Source: an uncultured Solirubrobacterales bacterium (GTDB lineage Bacteria > Actinomycetota > Thermoleophilia > Solirubrobacterales > Solirubrobacteraceae). From it: a stretch of 64,000 nt of DNA. The translations under genes were made by a program, and so were the position numbers. Under the pieces are notes generated by a model. It was not told the DNA's origin and ran no database searches. It saw only the letters and a list, made by a program, of their open reading frames with translations. Positions within the stretch are counted from its first letter, which is position 1. Each line of letters opens with the position of its first letter. Shown one piece after another: positions 1 to 9,527 of this stretch. The stretch is from assembly GCA_963755525.1 (NCBI GenBank), contig CAVWKC010000024.1, positions 58,251-122,250 on the forward strand, given 5' to 3'.

Positions 1-534
1 CGGATAGGAATCGAGCGCGAACCCGGCCTCGGGGGCGACGTGGGTGTACGCGTACAGGGCGATATCCGCGATCGTGTACCGGTCGGCGACCAGGAACTCG
101 CGCCCGCCCGCGAGGTGGCTCTCCATCGCCCGGAGCGCGGCGGTGCCTCCTCGTCGCTTGGCCTCGGCGTCTGCCTCGGACGGCGTGATGCCGGCGATCA
201 CCCAGAACCGCGCCACCGCGATGTTCGGCTCGTGGCTGTACTGCTCGAAGAACAACCACTGGAGCACGTGCGCGCGCGCGAACCGGTCCTCGGGCAGGTA
301 CGGCGTGCCCTCGGCGAAGTAGAACATGATCGCGTCCGATTCGCCCATCGAGCGGCCGTCGTCGAACACGAGCGTGGGCACGCGGAGCGCCGGGTTGAAC
401 GCGCCGAGCAGCTCGAGCCGGCCCGAGCGGTCGATCACGTCGACCTCGCGCCGCTCGTAGTCAATCCCGAGGTGCGCGAATAGCTGGCGGACCTTGTAGC
501 AGTTGCCCGACACGGCGGAGTCGTAGAGCAGCAC
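1..534 (-). CDS. Glutathione S-transferase family protein (runs off the window edge)
   Basis: GTG at 534 reads VLLYDSAVSGNCYKVRQL...NPALRVPTLVFDDGRSMGESDAIMFYF, a GST N-terminal thioredoxin-like fold. It is absent from the ORF track because it has no stop in the window. Confidence 0.85.
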   Translation of the reverse strand, partial: MLLYDSAVSGNCYKVRQLFAHLGIDYERREVDVIDRSGRLELLGAFNPALRVPTLVFDDGRSMGESDAIMFYFAEGTPYLPEDRFARAHVLQWLFFEQYSHEPNIAVARFWVIAGITPSEADAEAKRRGGTAALRAMESHLAGGREFLVADRYTIADIALYAYTHVAPEAGFALDSYP

Positions 535-618
535 GGTCGCTGGTGTGTAGCAGCCGCCGCCGCCCCTGACTACGGGCGACTTGCTTACGGGTCGCGTCGA
601 GTCCGGCTAACGAATCGC

Positions 619-1851
619 CTAGGCGGCGTGGGGCCGCTGCACCGCGTTGCCCGCGCCCGCGAACAGCGCGCCGGCAGCGTCGTTGGCCCACATCAGCGCC
701 TCGACGTAGAGGTCGCCCGCGCCGCGGACGAGCTTCTGGGCGCGATCGAAATCGCCCGCCTCGAGCGCCGTGATGGAGTCGAGCAAGGCGCCCTTCTCGC
801 CAGCCCGCGACACGAGCGCCTCGCGCATGTCGGGCGGGAACGGGATCAAGGCGACGACGTCCTCGATCGGGGCGTCCATCAGCGCGTCGATCACCGAGAA
901 CAGGCCGAGCGTGAACAGCTCTCCCGGGCGCGGCCCGGGGATCTGGTCGCCGGCGAGCTCGCAGAAGCGCGCGCGGATCAGCGCGGTGACGGTCAGCTCC
1001 GGCGGCTTGCCGTCGACGCTCGCCAGCACCGTCAACGTGGCCCAGCGCCGGAGGTTGTCGACGCCGAGCAGCGCGAGCGCCTGGCCGATCGAGCTGATCT
1101 CGAAGCGGAGCCCGAAGAACGCGGAGTTGATGTAGCGCAGGAGGCGAAAGCTCAGCGCCAGGTCGCGGCTGATCTTGCGCTCGAGCTGACCGAGTTGCAC
1201 GCTCGGGTCCTGGAGCGCGGCGACGATCTCGAGCACTGCCGCTCGGTTGGTGGCGATCCCGCGGTCGTGGACTAGCTCGGGCTGGCAGAAGAAGAAGCCC
1301 TGGAACAGGTCGCACCCGAGGTCGAGGCACCAGGCGTGGTCCTCGTGCGTCTCGACCTTCTCGGCGAGCAGGGTCACGCCGTAGGGCTTGAGGCGAGCGG
1401 CCTCGCGAGACATCCCGTCGCGGCCCATCGCGAGCACGTCGAGCTTGACCACATCGACAAGCCCGAGCACCCGCTCGGCGCTGACCGTGTACGCGAAGTC
1501 GTCGAGCGCGAGCCGGTAGCCGAGGCGCTTGAGGTCGATCAGCGCGTGGACGAAGCGCTCGTCGAGCAGCTCGTCCTCGAGGATCTCGAGCCCGACGACG
1601 CCGGGCGGCACCGTTCGCGCCAGGCCACTCAATACGAACTCACGCGAGACGTTGACCCACGCCGGATTGGGGCCGACGAGCCGCTCGAGTCCGATCTCCG
1701 TGAACGAGTTCAGGACGACCGAGGCGGTCGCGCCCTCGGAGTCGGCGATCAGCGCGCTGCTCGCGTCCGCGCCCCGGAACAGCAACTCGTAACCGGCCAC
1801 GTGAAGCGCCCGGTTGAAGATCGGCTGTCGTGCGACGAATACCTCTGCCAT
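619..1851 (-). CDS. EAL-HDOD domain protein (YuxH/PdeH-like c-di-GMP signalling protein)
   Basis: FVARQPI, YELLFR, LALDDF, AEKVET and FQGFFF motifs, followed by HDOD (LLRYINSA, GLFSVIDAL). Confidence 0.9.
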   Translation of the reverse strand: MAEVFVARQPIFNRALHVAGYELLFRGADASSALIADSEGATASVVLNSFTEIGLERLVGPNPAWVNVSREFVLSGLARTVPPGVVGLEILEDELLDERFVHALIDLKRLGYRLALDDFAYTVSAERVLGLVDVVKLDVLAMGRDGMSREAARLKPYGVTLLAEKVETHEDHAWCLDLGCDLFQGFFFCQPELVHDRGIATNRAAVLEIVAALQDPSVQLGQLERKISRDLALSFRLLRYINSAFFGLRFEISSIGQALALLGVDNLRRWATLTVLASVDGKPPELTVTALIRARFCELAGDQIPGPRPGELFTLGLFSVIDALMDAPIEDVVALIPFPPDMREALVSRAGEKGALLDSITALEAGDFDRAQKLVRGAGDLYVEALMWANDAAGALFAGAGNAVQRPHAA

Positions 1852-1981
1852 GGATTGTGCGGCGATGGATCTACCGCATTACGTCTAATCGACTCGACGC
1901 GCCCGAAGCTGAACCCCAGTGGTTCGGATGCTGACTAAGGGTCCGCGGGCCCTTAGATCGGGGATTACGCTTTGTCTTGAC

Positions 1982-3550
1982 GTGAGCGCCACGACCAAGA
2001 GCCGCCACGCGGTGGGGAGCGTGCGTCGCGTACAGGTGCGGGCGACCGCGCCCGTCCCGTTCTGGCGATTGCGGCTGCTCGCGTTCTTCGTCGGCGCCGC
2101 CAGCCTCGGGGCGGAGATCGCCGCCGCCCGGCTGCTCGCCCCCTATTTCGGGGCCTCGACGATCATCTGGGCGAACACGATCGCGACCGTGCTGGTCGCG
2201 CTGTCGGTCGGCTACGCGGTCGGCGGCCGGCTCGCCGACCGCCGGGCGGACATGCGCGGCCTGTGCGCGATCGTTCTATGCGCCTCGATGCTGCTGGCGA
2301 TCGTCCCGTTCGTGTCGGACCCGTTCCTCCAGGAAGCGGTGAAGGCACTCGGCGCGCTCTCACTCGGCGGCTTCGCCGGCTCGCTCGCGGCGGTGCTGGC
2401 GCTGGTCGCGGTCCCGGTGCTGCTGCTCGGGATGGTCGCGCCGTACGCCAACCGCCTCGCGGTGGAACGCGTGTCGGACACGGGAACGGTCACCGGCCGC
2501 CTTTACGCCATCTCCACCGCCGGCTCGCTGTTCGGGACGTTCCTGGCGGCACTGCTGCTGATCCCGCTGATCGGGACGCACCGCACGTTCCTCGTGTTCG
2601 CGCTGATGCTCGCGACCGCGGCGGCGATCGGCGCGGCGTCGTGGCGGTTCCTGGCGGTCGCCTGCGCGATCGGCGCGCTGCTCGCGGTCCCGCCCGCCGC
2701 GATCGGCGCCAGCGTGATCGGCGGCCGCGTGATCTATTCGACCGAAACCCAGTACCAGTACGCGCGCGTGCTCCAGTTCCCGAGCGGCGAGCGCTGGCTC
2801 GAGTTGAACGAAGGCGTCGCGGTCCATTCGGTGTACCGCCCCTGGAGCTACCTCAGTGGCGGCTACTGGGACAACTTCCTGGTGCTTCCGTTCGCGGCTT
2901 CGCCGACCGTCCCGCGGCGGATCGCGATCCTCGGCGACGCGGCGGGCACGCTGGCGCGCTCCTACGGCCATTACTTCCCGCACACGCGAGTGGACGCGGT
3001 CGAGATCGACGGCGCGCTGACCACCATCGGCAAGCGCTACTTCGGCCTGGGCGGGCCGGATCTCCACCTGTACACCGCCGACGCGCGGCCGTGGCTCGAG
3101 GCGAGCAAGGCCCGCTACGACGCGATCTTCCTCGACGCCTACCGCCAGCCGTACATCCCGTTCTACCTGGTCACGCGCGAGTTCTACGCGCTGATCCGGG
3201 CGCACCTGAGCCCCGGCGGGGTCGTGGTCGTCAACGTCGCGCACCTGCCGGGTTCGGATGCACTCGAGAAGGTGGTCACGGCCACGCTGCACGCGGTGTT
3301 CCCGTACGTCGCGCGCGACCTCGTCGACGACGCGAACTCGCTCGTGGTCGCGAGCACGCGTCCCGTGCTTCCGTGGGGCATGGTCGCCGCGACCCGGATC
3401 CTCCCGCCCGGCCTGCGCCCGCTCGCGGGCGAGGTCGCCGGGCAGTTGTGGCCGCCGCTGCGGGGCGGGAGCGTCTACACCGACGACAAGGCGCCGGTTG
3501 AATGGCTGACCGACCTGTCGATCCTCCAGTACGCGATCGGGAAGCGATGA
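1982..3550 (+). CDS. Fused membrane domain / spermidine synthase-like SAM-dependent transferase
   Basis: About 7 TM helices (LGAEIAAARLLAPYFGAS), then VEID, DARPWL and YDAIFLDAY. Start placed at GTG 1982; the frame is open from 1919. Confidence 0.85.
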   Translation: MSATTKSRHAVGSVRRVQVRATAPVPFWRLRLLAFFVGAASLGAEIAAARLLAPYFGASTIIWANTIATVLVALSVGYAVGGRLADRRADMRGLCAIVLCASMLLAIVPFVSDPFLQEAVKALGALSLGGFAGSLAAVLALVAVPVLLLGMVAPYANRLAVERVSDTGTVTGRLYAISTAGSLFGTFLAALLLIPLIGTHRTFLVFALMLATAAAIGAASWRFLAVACAIGALLAVPPAAIGASVIGGRVIYSTETQYQYARVLQFPSGERWLELNEGVAVHSVYRPWSYLSGGYWDNFLVLPFAASPTVPRRIAILGDAAGTLARSYGHYFPHTRVDAVEIDGALTTIGKRYFGLGGPDLHLYTADARPWLEASKARYDAIFLDAYRQPYIPFYLVTREFYALIRAHLSPGGVVVVNVAHLPGSDALEKVVTATLHAVFPYVARDLVDDANSLVVASTRPVLPWGMVAATRILPPGLRPLAGEVAGQLWPPLRGGSVYTDDKAPVEWLTDLSILQYAIGKR

Positions 3551-4352
3551 CCCTGGTGCACGAAATCCCCGCGGGCGCCACCGTGCTCGACGTTCGTTGG
3601 GAACTCGGCGGCGCGCCGGGGATCGACCTGTATATGGAAGGGCACATCCCGGGGGCGGTGTTCGTCGACCTGGACACTGCGCTCGCGGGACCGCCGGGAG
3701 CCGGCGGCCGCCACCCGCTCCCGGACGCTCGCGTGTTCGAAGATGCGATGCGGGCCGCGGGCGTGTCCGCCGATCGGCCGGTCGGTCTTGTACGACGCCG
3801 GCAACTCGATCGCCGCGGCCCGGGCGTGGTGGTTGCTCCGGTACTTCGGTCACCCCGACGTGCGTGTTTTGAATGGGGGTTTCAGTGGCTGGTTGGCCGC
3901 GGGGAACGCCATCGAGCGGGCTGTGGTTTCGCCCGAAGCTGGCGATTTCGTCGCGAGCGCCGGCGGGATGCCGTTGCTCGATGCCGAGTCGGCGGCGACG
4001 GTCGCGCGGGAAGGCGTGCTGCTCGACGCCCGCGTGCCCGAGCGGTTTCGCGGCGAGCGCGAGCCGGTCGACCCGGTGGCGGGGCACATCCCGGGAGCGG
4101 TGAACCTGCCGGCGCCGGGGTTGGTGGGCGTTGATGGACGGTTCCTGTCTTTGGACGCAGCTTCGCGCCCGGTTCGCTGCCGCTGGGGTCGACGACGGCG
4201 TCGCCGCGGTCGGGGCGTACTGCGGGTCGGGCGTCGCCGCGGCGTACGAGGTGCTGGCGCTGTCGCTCGCCGGCATTCCGGCGGCGCTGTACGTCGGGTC
4301 GTGGAGCGACTGGATCACGGACCCGTCGCGGCCGGTGGCGACGGGCGAGTGA
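3547..4352 (+). CDS. Two-domain rhodanese/sulfurtransferase (SseA-like), broken by two 1-nt insertions (~3785, ~4158)
   Basis: [22 protein letters not shown] / [24 protein letters not shown] / [15 protein letters not shown] lie in three successive frames. ATGA overlap with the upstream gene. Confidence 0.85.
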
Positions 4353-4377
4353 CCCTGGGCGGGTCGGGGCTGCGCGC

Positions 4378-5574
4378 TTACTCCGCTGAGCGATGTGCGG
4401 TCGGCAGGACCAGGGTCGTGGTGCGATGCGATTTGGCTCGTCTCCCGACTCCGTTGCGCGCATCGACCTCGATCGTCACCCGCGCAGAGGAGACATTGCC
4501 GAGCCTCCGAAGCAATGTGGCAGACAGCGCAAGCCTCAGCGTGGCTGCGTGACCACTGGCGATGTGGAAGTGCCGACGGCCGAGGACAGACGCTGCTCGG
4601 TTTGGGCCGGGCGCGTCGATCTCGACTGTGCCGTCGCAGTAGGACTGCCCGCGCGGGCAGCTCAACCGAACCGCCGTTGCGCCCCGCACATCGGTCAAGG
4701 TTCCCGCGGCGATCGCGACGCTCCAGCTCGCGCCGTGGTGGCTCCCGGACGAACCAAAACCGGGCGAGCCGGTCCAGCACGGCTGGTACGTGCTGCCGTC
4801 GAGGTCGACGTTGTAAAGCGCGCCCATGATCGCCGCCCGGTTGTCGGCCGCGCAGAACTGGCTCGTTGAGAGGTTGTATTCGGCGTTGAGCACCGGTTTG
4901 CCGGCGCGCAGGTAGGGCTGGAATGAGGAGCACTCGGAGTACTCGTTGCATTGCTCGTCGAGGACCCCGTCGAAATCGGGCTGAAGCTGCGTGGCCTGCT
5001 CGGGATCGTTTTTCTGGAACACGGCAAGGCCGACGGAGTGCGCCTCTTTGGCGACCCAGCGGTCGTAGCTCAGCTGGTCTTGGGCCGAGATATCGAATCC
5101 GGTGTCGTTCTCATAACCGTCCATGTTGTCGGGCTCGATCGCATCAAAGCCTTTCTGTTTACACATCTGGAAGCGAGCCGTCATGATCGGCTCGAGTACC
5201 GACAGCTGCCGGATGTCCAGCCACCGTTCCCCGGGCCAGCCGTTCGGCTTTCCAAGCACCGAACTAGGGAACTTGCTCGCGTCCGGGCGCCAGTTCTCCC
5301 ACGTTCCGACGTCGATGTAACAGATCACGTGCTTCTTGGCTGAGTGCAGCGTCGCGACCTCGCGCCGGCTGTTGTCGAACCCGTCGATGTCGTATGCCGC
5401 CGCTGGGTACGAGCTGTGCACCATCCCCGTCAGCTGCCAGTACCACGACAGCCGCTGCGGTGGCTTCCACCATGCGAGCGCCGCGGGGGCCGGGAGCATC
5501 AACGTCGCGGCCGTGATCGAGACCAGAGCTACCGTTGCATAAATCGCGATCCTGCAGGCTCGCACTGCATCCAC
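4378..5574 (-). CDS. Secreted GH114 endo-alpha-1,4-polygalactosaminidase (copy 1) with a basic C-terminal module
   Basis: Signal peptide, then WYWQL, DIDGF, ICYIDVGTWENWRPD, WPGERWLD, EPDNMDGY, QKND, DEQC and KPVLNAEY. Confidence 0.92.
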   Translation of the reverse strand: MDAVRACRIAIYATVALVSITAATLMLPAPAALAWWKPPQRLSWYWQLTGMVHSSYPAAAYDIDGFDNSRREVATLHSAKKHVICYIDVGTWENWRPDASKFPSSVLGKPNGWPGERWLDIRQLSVLEPIMTARFQMCKQKGFDAIEPDNMDGYENDTGFDISAQDQLSYDRWVAKEAHSVGLAVFQKNDPEQATQLQPDFDGVLDEQCNEYSECSSFQPYLRAGKPVLNAEYNLSTSQFCAADNRAAIMGALYNVDLDGSTYQPCWTGSPGFGSSGSHHGASWSVAIAAGTLTDVRGATAVRLSCPRGQSYCDGTVEIDAPGPNRAASVLGRRHFHIASGHAATLRLALSATLLRRLGNVSSARVTIEVDARNGVGRRAKSHRTTTLVLPTAHRSAE

Positions 5575-5648
5575 CGTAGCAATGCCTGCTGGACAGGAAG
5601 CGTCTGCTCAGGGCAATCGGATTTCGCCCTCTGAGACGGCACGGACAC

Positions 5649-6296
5649 TCACGCCAGGCCGCCGCGAACCGCCCGGACCGCGGCCTGAATGCGGTTCCCG
5701 ACCTGCAGCTTGATAAGGATGCTTGAGACGTGATTCTTGATCGTATGCTGGCTCAGGAACAAGGCCTGCGCGATCTCCGAATTGTCAAGGCCGCGGGCGA
5801 CCAAGTCCAAGACTTCGAGTTCGCGGGGCGTCAGCTCCGGACCGCCGATCGCGGGCTCGATGTCATGAGGCTCGCGCAGACGGCGTATGAGATGGCCGGC
5901 AATAGACGGCGAGATCGACGACTCCCCGCGCTCTGCCGCCCGGATTCCCTCCACGATCTGATCGACCGTCGAATCCTTCAGCAAATAGCCACAGGCTCCC
6001 GCGAGCAACGCATCCATCACGTGCTGGTCGTCCGCCGAGACCGTGAGCACGAGAACCCGAGCGAGCGGTGCCACCGCGGTCAAGCGCTGCGTCGCCTCGA
6101 TCCCGGACATACCGGGCATGGTGAGATCCATCAGCACGATCCCTGGTCCCATCTCGGTTGCCTGCTGGATGGCGTCGGCAGCAAGCGTCGCCTCGCCGAA
6201 GACTTGGATCCCGCGCTCCTCGAGAAGACCGACCAGCCCGCGGCGAAACAGTTCGTGGTCGTCGACCACGATGACCTTGAGGTCACCGCCCCTCAC
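5649..6296 (-). CDS. NarL/LuxR-family response regulator
   Basis: VVDDH, VLMD, GYLLK and a LuxR HTH (LTPRELEVL...NSEIA...TIKNHV). Confidence 0.93.
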   Translation of the reverse strand: MRGGDLKVIVVDDHELFRRGLVGLLEERGIQVFGEATLAADAIQQATEMGPGIVLMDLTMPGMSGIEATQRLTAVAPLARVLVLTVSADDQHVMDALLAGACGYLLKDSTVDQIVEGIRAAERGESSISPSIAGHLIRRLREPHDIEPAIGGPELTPRELEVLDLVARGLDNSEIAQALFLSQHTIKNHVSSILIKLQVGNRIQAAVRAVRGGLA

Positions 6297-6445
6297 GGCT
6301 ACGAGGTTACCTCGTTGCGGAGCTCAGAGCATATTTTCTGCCCGTGCCGGCCGCGGTCGAGGTGGCCCAGGGACCAGTCCGATCGACTCTAGGAGCCGGC
6401 ACCTGCAAGTCAAGGTGCCGGTCGAAACCTCGCGGCTAATGCTCG

Positions 6446-7675
6446 TTAGCTAGCTAGGTTCTCCCAAACTCGGGCAAGCACGGCAACCGCTCCGCCAAGC
6501 GTGTCCTCCGGCTCATTGACCTTGTCGCGTGTCTTGTGCTTCTTGTGCTTCTTGTGCTTCTTGTGCTTCTTGTGCTTCTTGTCGGAGCCCTTATTGCCGG
6601 CCGGATCACTGCCGCCGGTCGTGACGCCGCCGACCGTTGAGGACGTACCGCCAGCGATAGCGCTGCCGCCGGTCGAAGAGCTGCCTCCGACACCGATCGC
6701 GCCGCTTGTGGTCTGGCCGACGGGCGCACATGGCGCGTATGTCTTCCCGTCCAGATCGACGTCGAACAGCGCACCGATGACGCCGGCTGCCGTATCTCCC
6801 GGGCAGAACTTCGCGGTGGTCTCGCCGTCTTGTGTGTATTCGGCGTTGAGCACGGGCTTGCCCGCGGCAAGGTACGGGGTCGCGTCGCCGCCGCTGCCCG
6901 CGCAGGGGTCGTTGTAGAAGTTGCACTCCTCGATGATCATTCCGTCGAAGAGCGGCTCGTCAACGCCCGCATTGGCGGGGTCGTTTTTCTGGAAGATGGC
7001 CAGCCCGTCCGAGTGCGCCGTGTATGCGAGCCACCGCTCGAAGCCCGCGCTGTCGGCCTGCGTCAGACCCCAACCGCCGCCTGGCGCGCCGGTCTCCGAA
7101 GGATTGTCGTATCCATCGAGGTCGTCGGGCTCGACTGCGTCCTGGCCCTCCACGGCGCAGTCATCGATCCGCGTGGCCAATCCGGCTGCGATGTTGACCG
7201 CCGCGCCCGTCAGCGTCGACGGATCATCCGCCACGTAATTTGCGAAGCCGCGAATGTCATACCAATACTCGCCTGGCCATCCCTGCATTTCCGTGGTCTG
7301 CGGGCTCGAGCCATTCGTGTAGTCGGCCGCCGCGAAGTTCGAGCTGTCCGGCTCGGCCTGCTGCGCCCCCGCCTCGATGTAGCAGATGCTGTATTTCCCA
7401 GCCGCGTGGAGCGCCTGCACCACGGGCGAAGGGCCGGTCGGGACGCCGCCATCGGTGTTGGAGTCGGCGAACATGTCCGTGTCCCAGATGTTGGCCGATC
7501 CGGGCGATGGATAAGCGCCGGTGACGCTCGGCAGACCTGCCAGGCCGTTCGACGCCGGACTGATCTCCCAATACCACTGGTCCTGTCCCGTGGGCGGCAG
7601 CTTGTACGTCGCCGCCGCCGCGGTTGGGGCAAAAACGCCCAGCGCGGCGATCGCTATCGCCAGACACCTCTTCAT
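6446..7675 (-). CDS. Secreted GH114-family hydrolase (divergent copy 2) with a G/S/T linker and (KKH)5 tail
   Basis: Signal MKRCLAIAIAALGVFAPTAAA, then WYWEI, ICYIEAG, WPGEYWYD, EPDDLDGY, QKND, IEEC and KPVLNAEY. Confidence 0.88.
   Translation of the reverse strand: MKRCLAIAIAALGVFAPTAAAATYKLPPTGQDQWYWEISPASNGLAGLPSVTGAYPSPGSANIWDTDMFADSNTDGGVPTGPSPVVQALHAAGKYSICYIEAGAQQAEPDSSNFAAADYTNGSSPQTTEMQGWPGEYWYDIRGFANYVADDPSTLTGAAVNIAAGLATRIDDCAVEGQDAVEPDDLDGYDNPSETGAPGGGWGLTQADSAGFERWLAYTAHSDGLAIFQKNDPANAGVDEPLFDGMIIEECNFYNDPCAGSGGDATPYLAAGKPVLNAEYTQDGETTAKFCPGDTAAGVIGALFDVDLDGKTYAPCAPVGQTTSGAIGVGGSSSTGGSAIAGGTSSTVGGVTTGGSDPAGNKGSDKKHKKHKKHKKHKKHKTRDKVNEPEDTLGGAVAVLARVWENLAS
6533..6582. repeat. Perfect 9-bp tandem repeat (CTTGTGCTT)x5.5 encoding KKH repeats
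   Basis: Read directly from the sequence. Confidence 0.95.
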
Positions 7676-7769
7676 GGTTCCGGTCCCTCCGCCTGAGATG
7701 GCGCCGCCCGGTGACGGCTCCGCCACCGCCGCCTTATACCCGCTTCACCGGTTTCAAACCATCGCGGTC

Positions 7770-7820
7770 GTAACTTTGCGGGCAAGCTCGATCAACTTGT
7801 GCGAGCTTTCTGTAACTTTG
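7770..7820. promoter_or_regulatory. Candidate operator: direct repeats flanking an inverted repeat
   Basis: GTAACTTTG at 7770 and 7812 encloses AAGCTCG-N11-CGAGCTT (7784-7808), upstream of GH114 copy 2. Confidence 0.45.
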
Positions 7821-8048
7821 TTCGTCACGGCGTCTGGTCGGGTCGGACCGCCGATCCGGGGGCGTCCCGCGTCCGGACGACGGCGTGCGACGCCGACGAG
7901 GCCAGGCCGAGGCCCCAGAGAATCCCGTTCGCGCCCCGTGCCGGTTAGGCCAGATCCAAACTGCGTCGGTGCGGTGCAGTCAGCGACGGCGGGTGCGCCG
8001 AGCGAGCGGCGGACGGCATCTGGTGCCCCGTCTCGATCCGCTCGCGGC

Positions 8049-9527
8049 TTACTGCAGATCGACGCTACGACACGCTGGGTTCGGTCGCCCGTACCGAGCA
8101 GGCGCGACAAGCTGCAACTCGGTCCCGCCACCGGCGCGGGGATGCGTGCTCAACCGACCGCCGAGCGCCGCGGCGCGAGCACGCATCGTCCGCAACCCCA
8201 TACCGGACCCGTATGCATCGGTGATCCCGCACCCATCATCGCTGACGGTCATGAGAAGATTTCTCGCCTCCCGTAGCACGACCACCTCGACGCGACGAGC
8301 CGCGCCGTGCAGAGCCGCGTTGACGATTGCCTCACGAGCAATACGAACGACGTGCTCGCGCTCTGCTGGATCGAGGTCGCTTCTACCCGCTAGCGCGATT
8401 CGCACCCCGATCTGCAGACCGTAGCGGTGCCGGAGCTCGTCGCCGATGATGCAAAGCGCGGCTTCGGTGGTGGGAGCGCTCGAAGCTGACAGGTCCGCGA
8501 TCACGCCGCGCGAGGTGGCGAGCGCGTTGCGAGCAGCAATCATCAGAGGATGCCCAGGTCCCAGTTCAGCGCCGAGTCGCTGCCCTTGTGCGGCGATGCA
8601 CGCCAGATCCTGCGCGAGCCCGTCGTGCAGGTCGCGGGCGATCCGCTCACGTTCTGACGTGACCGTTGCAAGCGCTCGAGCGCGCCGCCGCAGCACGTAC
8701 TCCCAGTACGCGCTTCCCAGCAGCGAGGCATAGGCGGCGATCCGGAAGCCCTCGCGCGGGGTGATCCAATCCGTGGCCACTGCGGGTAGCGCGAGATACT
8801 GCAGCCGAGCGGCGGCCAGGAGAAACGCTGCCGCTGCGAGGAGTCCACGGCGGATTTCTCCCCGACGACCGCGGCGGAGGAACACGAGCGCCGACACGAC
8901 CAGCAAGGCCGCCGCCACAAGTTCGACCGTGAGCGCGACCGGATGCTGGATCGCGCCTCGGATGCCGACATCCTGCAACGTTGCGTTCCAGTGCGAGCCG
9001 GTGGCTTGCTCAATGAGCTGGGAAAGCATGACGACGCCGGCGCTGGCGAGAATCGCGCCACCGACTACGCGGCGGCCTGGATACCGAATCACCTTGTCGG
9101 GTGCGAACGCCGCCGCAGCAAACGCGGCCGAGACGATCAGGCTGCAGCAAAGCCGAGCGCCCCCTCCGGCCTCGGGCCTGACTCCGTCTGCGAGGGCCGG
9201 GGCAGCGCAGTAGGCGAGATCGGTAAGCGCCACGGCCACGAGGGCGCACAGGAGCATCAAATCCGGCAACCGGCCGCTGTCTTGGAAGTTCGCCACGAGT
9301 AACCGGGCGGTGAAGATTGCCGAGAGCGCGATCAGTGTCTCAAGCGCGGCGCGACCGCTCGGGTTCGTGACATGGATCGGCGTGGCAAGCTCCAAGCCGA
9401 TTACGATCACCGACAGACCGGCCGTCGCGACGGCCATGCGCACCGACCAATCTGGCCTCAGGCCTGTCCTCAAGTTTCTGACAGGCGAAGCATTGACCGC
9501 GATGCTCGGCGATGCGATCACCGCCAT
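8049..9527 (-). CDS. Polytopic membrane sensor histidine kinase (HisKA_3/NarX type)
   Basis: About 8 TM segments, H-box ERERIARDLHDGLAQ, then EAIVNAALHG, DDGCG and GMGL. Start uncertain. Confidence 0.92.
   Translation of the reverse strand: MAVIASPSIAVNASPVRNLRTGLRPDWSVRMAVATAGLSVIVIGLELATPIHVTNPSGRAALETLIALSAIFTARLLVANFQDSGRLPDLMLLCALVAVALTDLAYCAAPALADGVRPEAGGGARLCCSLIVSAAFAAAAFAPDKVIRYPGRRVVGGAILASAGVVMLSQLIEQATGSHWNATLQDVGIRGAIQHPVALTVELVAAALLVVSALVFLRRGRRGEIRRGLLAAAAFLLAAARLQYLALPAVATDWITPREGFRIAAYASLLGSAYWEYVLRRRARALATVTSERERIARDLHDGLAQDLACIAAQGQRLGAELGPGHPLMIAARNALATSRGVIADLSASSAPTTEAALCIIGDELRHRYGLQIGVRIALAGRSDLDPAEREHVVRIAREAIVNAALHGAARRVEVVVLREARNLLMTVSDDGCGITDAYGSGMGLRTMRARAAALGGRLSTHPRAGGGTELQLVAPARYGRPNPACRSVDLQ

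Noticed and set aside
2360-4951. Long antisense/alternative-frame ORFs (863 aa here; also 54866-57475, 35718-37409)
   Set aside because: These are Arg/Pro/Ala-rich shadow ORFs expected in high-GC DNA overlapping well-supported genes.
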